Assembly: GCF_006345805.1 (NCBI RefSeq)
Contig: NC_043014.1
Location: forward strand, 29,946,001-30,010,000
Length of the DNA stretch: 64,000 nt
Reading direction: 5' to 3'
Origin: Octopus sinensis
Lineage: Eukaryota
In this document: positions 1 through 13,594 of the stretch, in pieces
How the letters are laid out: each line of letters begins with the position of its first letter
Position numbering within the stretch: the first letter of the stretch is position 1
Made by a program: the position numbers and the translations under genes
The notes under the pieces: generated by a model
What the model was told of the DNA's origin: nothing
Database searches by the model: none
Seen by the model: only the letters and a program-made list of their open reading frames with translations

Positions 1-465
1 CTGGTCGGTGTCCGTGCAACATCGATATTTCTCCCTCTGTCTGTGAAATCTTCTATCCCTGCTGTAAGGCTTCATTTTCACACACGTCAGCCTAATTTAA
101 TTCGTCATAAGTCGAAAGACACCTGTTGTTATGTCCTGTTATTATTTTTATTTTAGTGTAACATTGTCCGTTTTTTTTCCGTCCTTGTTTTTGTACACAT
201 TCACTGCTTTCTTCCAAGGAATCTAATGCTCTTAGCTTAGTTTTTCCTTGGGGCTGGCCAGATTGGAGCAATCTTGAGTATAATCAGCCGAAATTGCGAA
301 GATAATCTGGTACTTGACTGAGGAAAGAAAACTTCGACTGACCCGTCATTCTTTTCTTTGTATCGTCTATCTGGATGTTTTGTTGTCCCATTTTTGTATC
401 ACCTAACTGTCTGGATGTTTTGCGTTCTTGTCCCATTTTGTATTTATATATATATATATATATAT

Positions 466-1745
466 AACTTAAAATAACTTAGAAAGGTTTCGGCCAGTAT
501 TGGCCCAGGCCATGTCTAACTTCAGAGCACCACCTGGCGAAGTCTTTCAATTCAGGATTTGGGCACCAAGGCCCATTCGAGAAGAGAGTTATTGTTTGCG
601 GAAACATATTGGGATGTGGGTGGTTTGTCCAGGACTGCTTGGAGGAATTTGTCCAAAGACTTCTTGAATTTTGTGTGGTCAGTTTCTGTTTTGATGTGTC
701 CTGGTGTAATGTTGAAGAGAGTTGGGTGATGCCAACATCATTTGGACAGTGCTGATGGAATATTTTCCACATTATACAAATAATGTAGTGCTCACGGCAT
801 CATTGGAGTGAATAGAGTTTCAGCTTTTCTAATTGACCCCAGCAGTCGAGGTCTGACATGCCATCTATCTTTTTCATGATTGCCCTTTGGGGAGCTTCAA
901 TTTTCATAATGTTTTGTTTCGTGTAGGGGGACCACAGTGGACAGCAGTATTCAAGGTGGGGGTCGGGCAAAAGTGGAGAAGAGAAGGATAATGGTGTGGG
1001 AATCACTTGACTGGAAGGTTCTGAGAATCCAGGAACACATTCTGCAGGCTATGTCAACTTTGCTGCTTATATGTGTAGCCCAGCTTATGTTGTTGTCCAC
1101 AGTTACTCCCAAGTTTCTGATGTTGTTAGATGCCATGAGAATTTCACCAGAAAGAAGGGAGTTTCAGAGCGTCCTCCCTTCAAAAGTGGATCAGTTCGAA
1201 TTTGCCTTTGCTTAGCAACATGTTGTTCCTTTCCGCCCGTTGGACAACAGCCAGTAGGTCTGACTGAAGGCTTATCTGGTCATCCATACCATTGATGACC
1301 TTCTGGAGCTTGGAATCATCAGCGAACATTCTGATGTTACTGTGTTTGATGATATCAGTAATGTCATTAATATAGATGAAGAGAAGTGGGCCCAACACAG
1401 TGCCTTGTGGGACACCACTACTGACTTTGGCTGGGCTGGATTTGACTCCTTTGACTACAACATGTAGGGTTCTGTTTAACAAGAAGCACTTGATCCACTG
1501 CAGCAGCTTTCCAGTGACACCAATATTGGACAGCTTTCTAAAAAAGGATCTTATGATCAACACTTTCAAAGGCCTTGCTGAACTCGAACCCTCCCCCAAG
1601 GCTCTCAAAATGTCATCAAAATGATGCAGTAGCTGCATCAGGCAATCCCTTCCATTACGGAATCCATGCTGGTTGGAGTTCAGCATATTATTGCTCTCAA
1701 GGAAGTGAGTCATTCGCGATCTCACCACTCACACAAATACCTTAA
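466..1745 (-). mobile_element. CR1/L2-type (Jockey group) LINE, 5'-truncated, frameshifted RT and 3' end
   Basis: Consecutive minus-strand ORF pieces give HGFRNGRDC, GVPQGTVLGPLLF, FADDSKL, LGVTVDNNISW and LEYCCPLWSPY...QRA, the canonical RT and C-terminal motifs of this group in the right order. Confidence 0.92.
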
Positions 1746-1771
1746 TGATATGAGAGATGAACACATACGTC

Positions 1772-2136
1772 ATCATCATCATCGTTTAACGTCCGCTTTC
1801 CACGCTAGCACGGGTTGGATGGTTCGACTGGGGTCTGGGAAGCCAGGGGCTGCACCAGGCTCCAGTCTGATCTGGCAGAGTTTCTACAGCTGGATGCCCT
1901 TCCTAACGCCAACCACTCCACGAGTGTAGTGGATGCTTTTTACGTGCCACCTGCACAGGTGCCGGGGGGGGTTCCGGCATCAGCCACGATCGGTTGGAGC
2001 TTTTAACGTGCCACCGGCACGGAAGCCAGCCAAGGCGGCGCTGGCAATGGCCACGTTCGGATGGTGCTTTTTATGTGCCACCGGCACTGGAGCCAGTCGA
2101 GGCAGCGCTGGCATCGTGGCTGATGCCAGCGCCACC
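1772..2136 (-). mobile_element. RTE LINE 3' UTR fragment (or RTE-tail SINE)
   Basis: Starts with a (CAT)n tail and contains GGATGCCCTTCCTAACGCCAACC and TTTTTACGTGCCACC subrepeats. The same sequence family follows the RTE RT at 39360-39860. Confidence 0.85.
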
Positions 2137-2187
2137 ATGTGTATATATATATATATACACATATATATATATTCACATATACATATG

Positions 2188-2576
2188 GGCACAGAAGTGG
2201 CTGTGTGGTAAGTAGCTTGCTAATCAGCCACATGGTTCTGGGTTCGGTCCCACTGCATGGCACTTTGGGCAAGCGTCGTCTTGTATAGCCTCGTGCTGAC
2301 CATAGCTTTGTGAGTGGATTTGGTAGATGGAAACTGAAAGAAGCCCGTCGTAAAGATATATAGATATATATGAATATGTTTGTGTCTGTCTTTGTCCCCC
2401 CACCATCACTTGACAACCGATGCTGGTGTGTTTACATCCCCGTAACTTACTGATTTGGCAAAAGACACCAATATACTACTACGCCAACAAAGAATAAGTC
2501 CTGGGGTCCAATTACTTGACTAAATGTGGTGCTCTAGCATGGCTGCAGTCAAATGACTGAAACAAATAAAAGAATA
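2188..2576 (+). mobile_element. tRNA-derived SINE, family 1 (GTGGCTGTGTGGTAAG head, internal TA-rich microsatellite)
   Basis: A-box/B-box-like head (TGGCTGTGTGG ... GGTTCGGTCCC), conserved body and GACTGAAACAAATAAAAGA tail. At least 5 further copies occur in the window. Confidence 0.85.
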
Positions 2577-2625
2577 AATGAAATATAAACACATATACAT
2601 ATATAATAGAAGAAAATATAGAGTG

Positions 2626-3245
2626 CTCTATTTCTCTTCTGGCTGCAATCATCAGCTGAGTGCCGTGTTTCGACAAGATTTTGGTCCATCAAGCTCAGTA
2701 TCTCTCCCCACGGTGGGCCTGCAACAGCTGGACGCATTGTGTTGCAACCAACTCATGACAATTCTCTGGTCTTATCCGCATTCATAAACCTCCTGGTAAT
2801 GTAAGCACTACCCTCAACTGCTTCCTCCCCACATTCCTTGATGGTCTTCCTCACAGTAGACACACCAGCCACCTTCAGAAACCTCCTGGGAGAAGCTGCT
2901 GGTAATCCCTTGCAGCCGATCTCAAATGCAACCAGCTCACAGATGTAACCCTTCACCCGAATCTCAACTACCAGCTCTTCATAGCGCAACAGCTTCTGCT
3001 CATGGGCCTCCCATGGCACAGTAAGCTTCCCATGGACCACATGTCTCTGACACTCATCTGCCAAAACCAGGAGTGCTGACACAATGATGCTTTCATGCAA
3101 TGGCTTGTTCATGAACACCTCCCATTTTCTGTCTTCAGCCTGCCGAGATTTCTGTCTCTTTGGCCTCATACCTTGCTTCACAAACGCTGTCTTGAGCAAA
3201 CTCGGTTCAGGCACTTAGACCCTCTCTTGCAGCTGAAGCAATAAC
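2626..3245 (-). mobile_element. HERO/NeSL-like restriction-like-endonuclease (RLE) non-LTR retrotransposon, 3' fragment
   Basis: ORF 2753-3214 contains KLTVPWE-AHEQKLLRYEEL...FEIGCKG, matching the ELTVPWE...HERK..KY..L...EVGCRG signature of the RLE domain. The catalytic RPD is missing. Confidence 0.75.
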
Positions 3246-3269
3246 GTTTAGCACTAAATTATGTCTAAA

Positions 3270-5599
<2,330 letters not shown>

Positions 5600-5940
5600 A
5601 TGGGTCATTGTTCAAATCCTTCAGCTCTAATATATGTAAATGTAACACACTCTACTGAATTCATATTTTGTATTGAGCTCTTAAATGTTTATCGTATATT
5701 TGTTGTTATATTATCAATGATCTAGCAAACCAATATTAAGAGGAGTTCCAAGCATGACCATCCGTATTTTATTCAGTCTACATTAGTGTCCTATATTTAA
5801 GAAAAAGAGTAAAAATAAAAGCAGTTGGGTGTGATTTGTCGATTTATCTAGTATTTTTTGCAGATCTAGTCGAGGAACTACGTAGGGTTCTCTGAATAAA
5901 CTCAATATTGAGTTCTCTTCCTACAGTTCGTGTGTGTGTG

Positions 5941-6005
<65 letters not shown>

Positions 6006-6163
6006 ATATATATATATATACACACACATACATATACTATATATATACACACCACATACATATATATATTATACACACACAACATATATATATATTATAC
6101 ACACACATACATATATATATATACACACACATACATATATTATATATACCACACATACATATA

Positions 6164-6201
<38 letters not shown>

Positions 6202-6530
6202 CACACATACATTATATATATATACACACATACAATATATATATATATACACACATACATATATATATATATACACACAACATATATATATATACACACA
6301 CATATATATATATACACACATACATATATATATACACACATACATATATTATACACACATACATATATATACACACATACATATATATATACACACAGAC
6401 ATATATATATATACACATACATAATATATACACACATACATATATATATACACATACATATATATTATACACATACATATATATTATACACATACATATA
6501 TATATACCACATACATATATATATATATAT

Positions 6531-6561
<31 letters not shown>

Positions 6562-6586
6562 CACACTACATATATATATTATATAT

Positions 6587-6630
<44 letters not shown>

Positions 6631-7082
6631 ACATATATATATATTATATACACCACACATATATATATATAATATATATATATATACACACATACATCTA
6701 TATATATATATATATATACACACACACATACTATATATATATATATATATACACACATACACATATATATATATATATATACACACCTACATATATATAT
6801 ATATATACACACATACATATTATATATATATAATACACACACATACATATATATATATATATTATACACACACATACATATATAATATATATATATACAC
6901 CACATACATATATATATTATATAATATATATATATATATACACACACATACATATATATATATAATATATATATATATACACACACATACATATATATTA
7001 TATATACACACACATACATATATATATATATATACACACACATACATATATATTATACACACACACATACATATATAGATAT

Positions 7083-7118
<36 letters not shown>

Positions 7119-7172
7119 ACACCAATACATATATATATATATATATTATATATATATATACACACACATACA

Positions 7173-7263
<91 letters not shown>

Positions 7264-7510
7264 CACACACATACATATATATATACACACATAACATATA
7301 TATATACACACATACATATATATATAACACACATACATATATATATATACACACATACATATATACACAATACATATATATATATATATACACACATACA
7401 TATATATAGACACATACATATATATACACACATACATATATATATACACATATACATATATATACACACATATACTATATATATACACATACATATATAT
7501 ATACACATAC

Positions 7511-7541
<31 letters not shown>

Positions 7542-7552
7542 TATACATACAC

Positions 7553-7609
<57 letters not shown>

Positions 7610-7936
7610 GGGTCATTGTTCAAATCCTTCAGCTCTAATATATGTAAATGTAACACACTCTACTGAATTCATATTTTGTATTGAGCTCTTAAATGTTTAT
7701 CGTATATTTGTTGTTATATTATCAATGATCTAGCAAACCAATATTAGAGGAGTTCCAAGCATGACCATCCGTATTTTATTCAGTCTACATTAGTGTCCTA
7801 TATTTAAGAAAAAGAGTAAAAATAAAAGCAGTTGGTGTGATTTGTCGATTTATCTAGTATTTTTTGCAGATCTAGTCGAGGAACTACGTAGGGTTCTCTG
7901 AATAAACTCAATATTGAGTTCTCTTCCTACAGTTCG
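5600..7936. repeat. Tandem duplication with ~2008-bp period: unique 330-bp segment at 5600-5930 and 7608-7936, separated by a second ~1.7-kb TA/CA array
   Basis: ATGGGTCATTGTTC...CTACAGTTCG occurs twice, and the ~250 bp of array preceding each copy also match. The differences I could see are single-base indels. Confidence 0.93.
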
Positions 7937-7946
7937 TGTGTGTGTG

Positions 7947-7998
<52 letters not shown>

Positions 7999-8151
7999 AG
8001 TGTGTGTGTGTGTGTGTGTTCGCGGCGTATGTGTATATATGTGATCTAAGTGTCTTCACACACAAGACATACAATCAAACAGTACTTAAACCAAAGGCTG
8101 ATTTCAAGCTACCCACTCAGAAAATATGATTGAATTTTGATATCTAGTAAC

Positions 8152-8204
8152 TTAACGCGGTTGTGAGAGAATACTCAGCTCTCGGAACAGTTCTTTCAAA
8201 TTAT
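8152..8204 (-). CDS. Possible second coding exon (DNLKELFRELSILSQPR*) following the 10314-10377 exon
   Basis: Strong pyrimidine-rich acceptor TTCTTTGGGTTTCCCTACCCTGCAG on the minus strand, and the frame is open in phase 1. No homology evidence. Confidence 0.2.
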
Positions 8205-8487
8205 CTGCAGGGTAGGGAAACCCAAAGAAGGTTCATACGACGGTTTTTAAAATACAAAAAGAGGGAACACACACACACATTTATTTGTGTAGGTGTTTGT
8301 GTGATACATGATTTCGTTGTTTAGGAAATTATCATTTGAATGAGAGAGAGAGAGAGAGAGAGAGAAGGGGGGAGACCAATAACAATAGATTCACAAAAAC
8401 ATAACATTAAAAGAAATAAAAGGTCAATGACGTTAATAACCATATGAGACATAAGGCACACAGTCTTCTAAAACATATTTTTTAATC

Positions 8488-8590
8488 TTGTTTCAGGGTT
8501 TAGACTGCGGCCATGCTGGAGCACTGCCTCGAGGAAATTTAGTCGAACTAATCGACCACAGTACTTATTTCCTTTTTAAGCATGGTACTT
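8488..8590 (-). mobile_element. SINE family 1, 3' fragment
   Basis: TTGTTTCAG...GACTGCGGCCATGCTGGAGCAC is the reverse complement of the family-1 tail. Confidence 0.7.
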
Positions 8591-8650
8591 AATGCGTGAC
8601 ACACACACACACACTATATATATATATATATTATAATATATATATATATA

Positions 8651-9302
8651 TGGATCTATACAGGCGGGGAAGTAAAAGTGACAAATGCAAACAAAGAATT
8701 ATAATAATAATAATAATAAATAAAAATTTTCTCATTCGAGAAATTATACGAAGCCTAACACGTGCTAAGGGCCAACGGAGAAAGCCTTTTGTTGTCGTAA
8801 TCCCTACTTCCACGCAATCCCTTCTTCCATATCACATACACCCTTATATCTACACTACTCTTCTGCACGCGCGCTCTTTAAAACAGTACACGCACTTACA
8901 GCTAGTATATATTTAGTCGTTTACGTTATATAAACATATTTTCATGCATATGTGAGTATGCATTCTCCTTCTAATTTCTTCTATGGTTGGTTGGATCGTC
9001 TATCTGGTTGATTCGTATACGTATTTTAATTATATGTGGTGGAGTGTGTGCGTGTGTAGATAAAACATGTGTATGACAATCGGTCTACTAGTACAGTATT
9101 TAAAGAATTTGGAGTTGTTAGGTATGCACCAGCACAGATCTATACAGGGGTGTGTACATTATATACACAAGTATGTATTATTCCCGTGTGGTATATGAGT
9201 TTATATATAAATCAGATACTAGAGACGTACAGATGAAAGAGAATAGCAGATATTACTAGGTGATTAATATGACCTTTGTTTATAGACCTCTCTCTCTCTC
9301 TC

Positions 9303-9365
<63 letters not shown>

Positions 9366-10023
9366 TATATATATGGATCTATACAGGCGGGGAAGTAAAA
9401 GTGACAAATGCAAACAAAGAATTATAATAATAATAATAATAAATAAAAATTTTCTCATTCGAGAAATTATACGAAGCCTAACACGTGCTAAGGGCCAACG
9501 GAGAAAGCCTTTTGTTGTCGTAATCCCTACTTCCACGCAATCCCTTCTTCCATATCACATACACCCTTATATCTACACTACTCTTCTGCACGCGCGCTCT
9601 TTAAAACAGTACACGCACTTACAGCTAGTATATATTTAGTCGTTTACGTTATATAAACATATTTTCATGCATATGTGAGTATGCATTCTCCTTCTAATTT
9701 CTTCTATGGTTGGTTGGATCGTCTATCTGGTTGATTCGTATACGTATTTTAATTATATGTGGTGGAGTGTGTGCGTGTGTAGATAAAACATGTGTATGAC
9801 AATCGGTCTACTAGTACAGTATTTAAAGAATTTGGAGTTGTTAGGTATGCACCAGCACAGATCTATACAGGGGTGTGTACATTATATACACAAGTATGTA
9901 TTATTCCCGTGTGGTATATGAGTTTATATATAAATCAGATACTAGAGACGTACAGATGAAAGAGAATAGCAGATATTACTAGGTGATTAATATGACCTTT
10001 GTTTATAGACCTCTCTCTCTCTC

Positions 10024-10050
<27 letters not shown>
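8651..10050. repeat. Tandem duplication, 723-bp period (8651-9373 / 9374-~10050)
   Basis: TGGATCTATACAGGCGGGG at 8651 and 9374; GAATAGCAGA at 9241 and 9964. Both ends lie in (TA)n runs. Confidence 0.95.
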
Positions 10051-10058
<8 letters not shown>

Positions 10059-10313
10059 GTACTAGTATCGTAGACTGGTCCCCATATATATATATAGTGT
10101 GTGTGTGTATTGGATGTCGGTTTCGTGTATTTGTATGTACATACTCAAACCTTGTTTGGAAAATATTTAAATATTTGTGCATACCTTTCTTGCATATAAA
10201 CGTTAGTTAACATGTAAGTATGTTTCATACAAATATGTATGTTTGTGAAAATCACATATATATATATTTAAATCAAACAAATAAAAAGGTAGTAAATGAC
10301 AATGAATGCTAAC

Positions 10314-10377
10314 CTTTTACCATAACATAATTTTCCAGTAAAAGCAGGCAGAGAACGAGCAGTATTCCATTCGCCAT
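10314..10377 (-). CDS. Candidate first coding exon encoding a signal peptide (MANGILLVLCLLLLENYVMVK, phase-1 intron follows)
   Basis: GCAGCCATGG Kozak context, preceded by a CT-rich tract ending in CAG (possible acceptor). Hydrophobic h-region ILLVLCLLLL and donor AAAG|GTTAGC. Lies in non-repeat sequence. Confidence 0.45.
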
Positions 10378-10439
10378 GGCTGCAAGGTGTGAAATGCGAG
10401 CGGGGAGAGAGAGAGTGTATATATATATGAGCGACGGTT

Positions 10440-11360
10440 GTGTCAATTTTTATTATTGTTGTACTAATTGTTGTTGCTGATGGTAGTCATTGTGGTTGCA
10501 GTGATGAATGCAGTGGTGGTGGTGGTGGTAACAGTGGCCTTCGTAGTGATAATGGTGGTGGAGGAGGTGGTCATGTGCTGATAATGCTGGTGGTGGTGGT
10601 GGTAGTGGTGGTAATGATGACGGTGGCGATGATAATGATTGTGAGTGATAAGTAGTGGTAGAGACGGTGACAGAGACAGTCGTGGTGGTGGCTATTTGGC
10701 TAATGTATTTTTTAACTTTATTTTATTTTAAAACTATTTTTATGTTTATTTTTATTTTTTTTAAGGCATCCGCTTGTTACAATTGGTAAAAAAAATGTAG
10801 TCAGAGTTAAATAAAATGAAAACCTCCACCACCACCTATTGTTGTAAGGTGTGAATAAGAGTGAAAGTGGGAGACTTAGAGAGAGAAAGACTATTAGTTG
10901 TAGTCGTAGTAGAAATAGAGATATGCAGTGGATTTAAATAAGAGTGGGGAGAGAGTCGGGGCGACAGACAAGAGAGGACAAAAAAAAAGGAATAATAAAA
11001 ATATATAGAGGTGATTGTAGAGATAGAGCGAGTGATTGTAGAGAGAGAGAGAGAAAATAGAAATAGTAGCAAAAAAAGGTGGGGGGTAAACAGAATGAAA
11101 GATTAAAGACAGGACGAAGGGAAAAGGAGAAGAAAATGAACGAAGATGTTTATACACAAGGGAAAATAAAAGGTAGAAACATAGAGGGAAATGGAGAGGA
11201 GAGAGAGTGCGTATGGGTATATGAGACAGAGAGAAACATAAAAAGCACAGATAGAAAATAGAGGAGTGCTATAGAGAATGGTGGTGGTAGTTGTAATCTT
11301 TATGGGAGTGGTAACAGGAGAAGAAAAAGGAGAGTATAGCGCAACATAGAAGGGGAAAGA
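10440..11360. repeat. Low-complexity (GGT)n and GA-rich tracts
   Basis: Directly visible trinucleotide and purine-rich runs. Confidence 0.85.
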
Positions 11361-12061
11361 AGGTAATGCAAGCGTAACGGGTTTTCATTTTACAACAGTA
11401 ACACAGGTCAGATGAGTGATTGTTAGTGCTTAAGGTTTAAAACCGGCTCAATAAGACATAAGCTCACATATTAAATGAGCAGACGACCTCTTTGATGGAA
11501 GTTAATGGGCAGACTTTTCGATTTGGCAATGAAAATTGAAATAATAAAATATTAACAAGAAGCCGTTTTTCAGTTGAACCTACTCTAATGATTGGACATT
11601 GTTTATATATATATTTGTTTTATGATTAAGCTAAACTACTATTCATTGATTCTTAATTCTAAAGAAATCATAATTAGATAAAGAAATCATTAAACGCACA
11701 CAAAAATCATTATTAACCTCTAATGCCAAGTAGTATTTCATTGGGGCTATTTACATTTTAATTTCGAAGCCCTCCGAGATCAGCTTGCCTTTCATCATAC
11801 CGCAATCGATAAAATAAACACCAGTCAAGTCCTCAGTCAATACAATCAACTACATCCCACAAAATGCATGACCCTGTGCCTACACTAAAAATCAACCTCA
11901 AACGGCGTAAATTGTAAGAAACGTTAGAACACTAAGTAAAATGACTAACTGTATCATACAAATAAAAGGAGCTTCTTACACTGTCGTTTGATCTGCTAGA
12001 AGTAGCAGTCAAAATCTCTCTCAAATCATCGTTTTAAAATAGAACATGTTAGATAAAGTAG

Positions 12062-12270
12062 ACCTGTGATCCCTGTAAAAAGAAAAAAGACAGGATGGCC
12101 ACAGCTAGAGAACCTTCTTAGGAAGTTTGTTCTGGGGTTTATAAGTAAATTGCGGTGTACACGCTCTACCTGTGATCCCTGTAAAAAGAAAAAAGACAGG
12201 ATGGCCACAGCTAGAGAACCTTCTTAGGAAGGTTGTTCTGGAGTTTATAAGCAAATTTCGGTGTGCACGT
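12062..12270. repeat. 106-bp diverged tandem duplication
   Basis: ACCTGTGATCCCTGTAAAAAGAAAAAAGACAGGATGGCCACAGCTAGAGAACCTTCTTAGGAAG at 12062 and 12168. Confidence 0.9.
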
Positions 12271-12329
12271 TTTCAGGCAGCTGTGGTTAAATTTGTCATC
12301 GTTATTTGGAGCAGTGTCAATTGGCTGAA

Positions 12330-13240
12330 TACTAGGGACAATTTAATCCCCTCTACCCTCCTTCCGCGAGACTTTGTGCAAATATTAGAAATCAATATTT
12401 TTAGATTCAAATCCCGTCAAGTTGAACTTTGGTTTTCATCCTTCCTGTGGTGATAAAATAAAGTACCAATCAAATCCTGAAGTCGATTTATTCAACTAAT
12501 CCTCCCATTAAATTTTGAACCTTGTGCCTATGTTAGAAACAATCGTTATTATGACAGTAAGCTGGCACAATCGTCAGCGAGCAGACAAAATGCTTCGCTG
12601 CATTTCTTCCAGCTATGCGTTCTGATTTCTAAAGTCAACTTTGCCTTTCGTTCTTTCGGGGTCGATAAAATAAGTACCAGTTGGACACTGGGGTAGATGT
12701 AATTGATTCATCCTCCCCTAAAATTGCTGGCCTTATACCAAAATTTGAACCCGTTATTATAATTATTATTATTGTTGTTGTTATTGTAAAGGAGAACCGG
12801 TAGAACGTCTGATAAAAGGTTGCAATATTTGTTCCGATAAAAACGGCCAACTGGCAGAGTCGTTAGCACGCCGGACAAAATTCTTAGCAGTATTTCGTCT
12901 GTCTTAACGTTCTGAGTTAAAGTTCCGTCGAAGTCGACTCTGCCCTTCATCCTTTGGGGATCGATAAAATAAGTACAATCTGAACACTGAAGTCGATGTA
13001 ATCGACTTACCCCATTCCCCGAACTTGCTGGCTTAGTGCCAAAATTTGAAACCGATACTTGTTTCGGTTCTTCACACTCTGAGTTCAAATCCTGTTGACA
13101 TAAAACTTTTGCCTTTCCTTCTTTCAGAGTCGATAAAATTCCAGTCAAGTATTGAGATTGATGCCATCAACTAACCCCCCAAATTGCCCCTCAAAATTGC
13201 TGGCCTTGAACCGATATTAGAAATAATAATTATCATTGCG
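12330..13240 (+). mobile_element. Cluster of SINE family 2 copies (GGCGAGCTGGCAGAATCGTTAGCACGCCG head), about 4 full or partial copies
   Basis: Repeated GTTCTGAGTTCAAAT / GTCGATAAAATAAGTACCAG / TGCTGGCCTT...CCAAAATTTGAAACC blocks at ~12555, 12843 and 13075. Confidence 0.8.
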
Positions 13241-13594
13241 ACTGGTTAGTTATATTCGCGTGTGGCTGCGTGAAAATGATAAAACAATACCAAGCAATCG
13301 TTTAACAGTAACTTTCATTTCACCGCACGAGTGATATATTTAAGTTAGTCATGAATTATGAAGTTTCAACATCAGGTCAACACAATTGAAGAAAGAATTC
13401 TGGAGTATTCGCAATTAACTGATTAGAAAAAGCTCTTTACTGAAGTTTGTCAAAAGAGGAGGAATTATACATAGGATTGCTAATGCGCTTCGATAATTTC
13501 TCTTGGCACCCATCGCGCACAGACTTTACGGAAGCGATTTTATGGAAAGTACCAATCAAATCCTACAGTCGATGATTTCGTATGCAGAACCATG

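Noticed and set aside
325-365. CTGAGGA-AAG-AAAA-CTT-CGAC as a hammerhead
   Set aside because: GAAA is absent and stem I does not close. The region 1-445 is probably an unclassified repeat, but I could not assign it.
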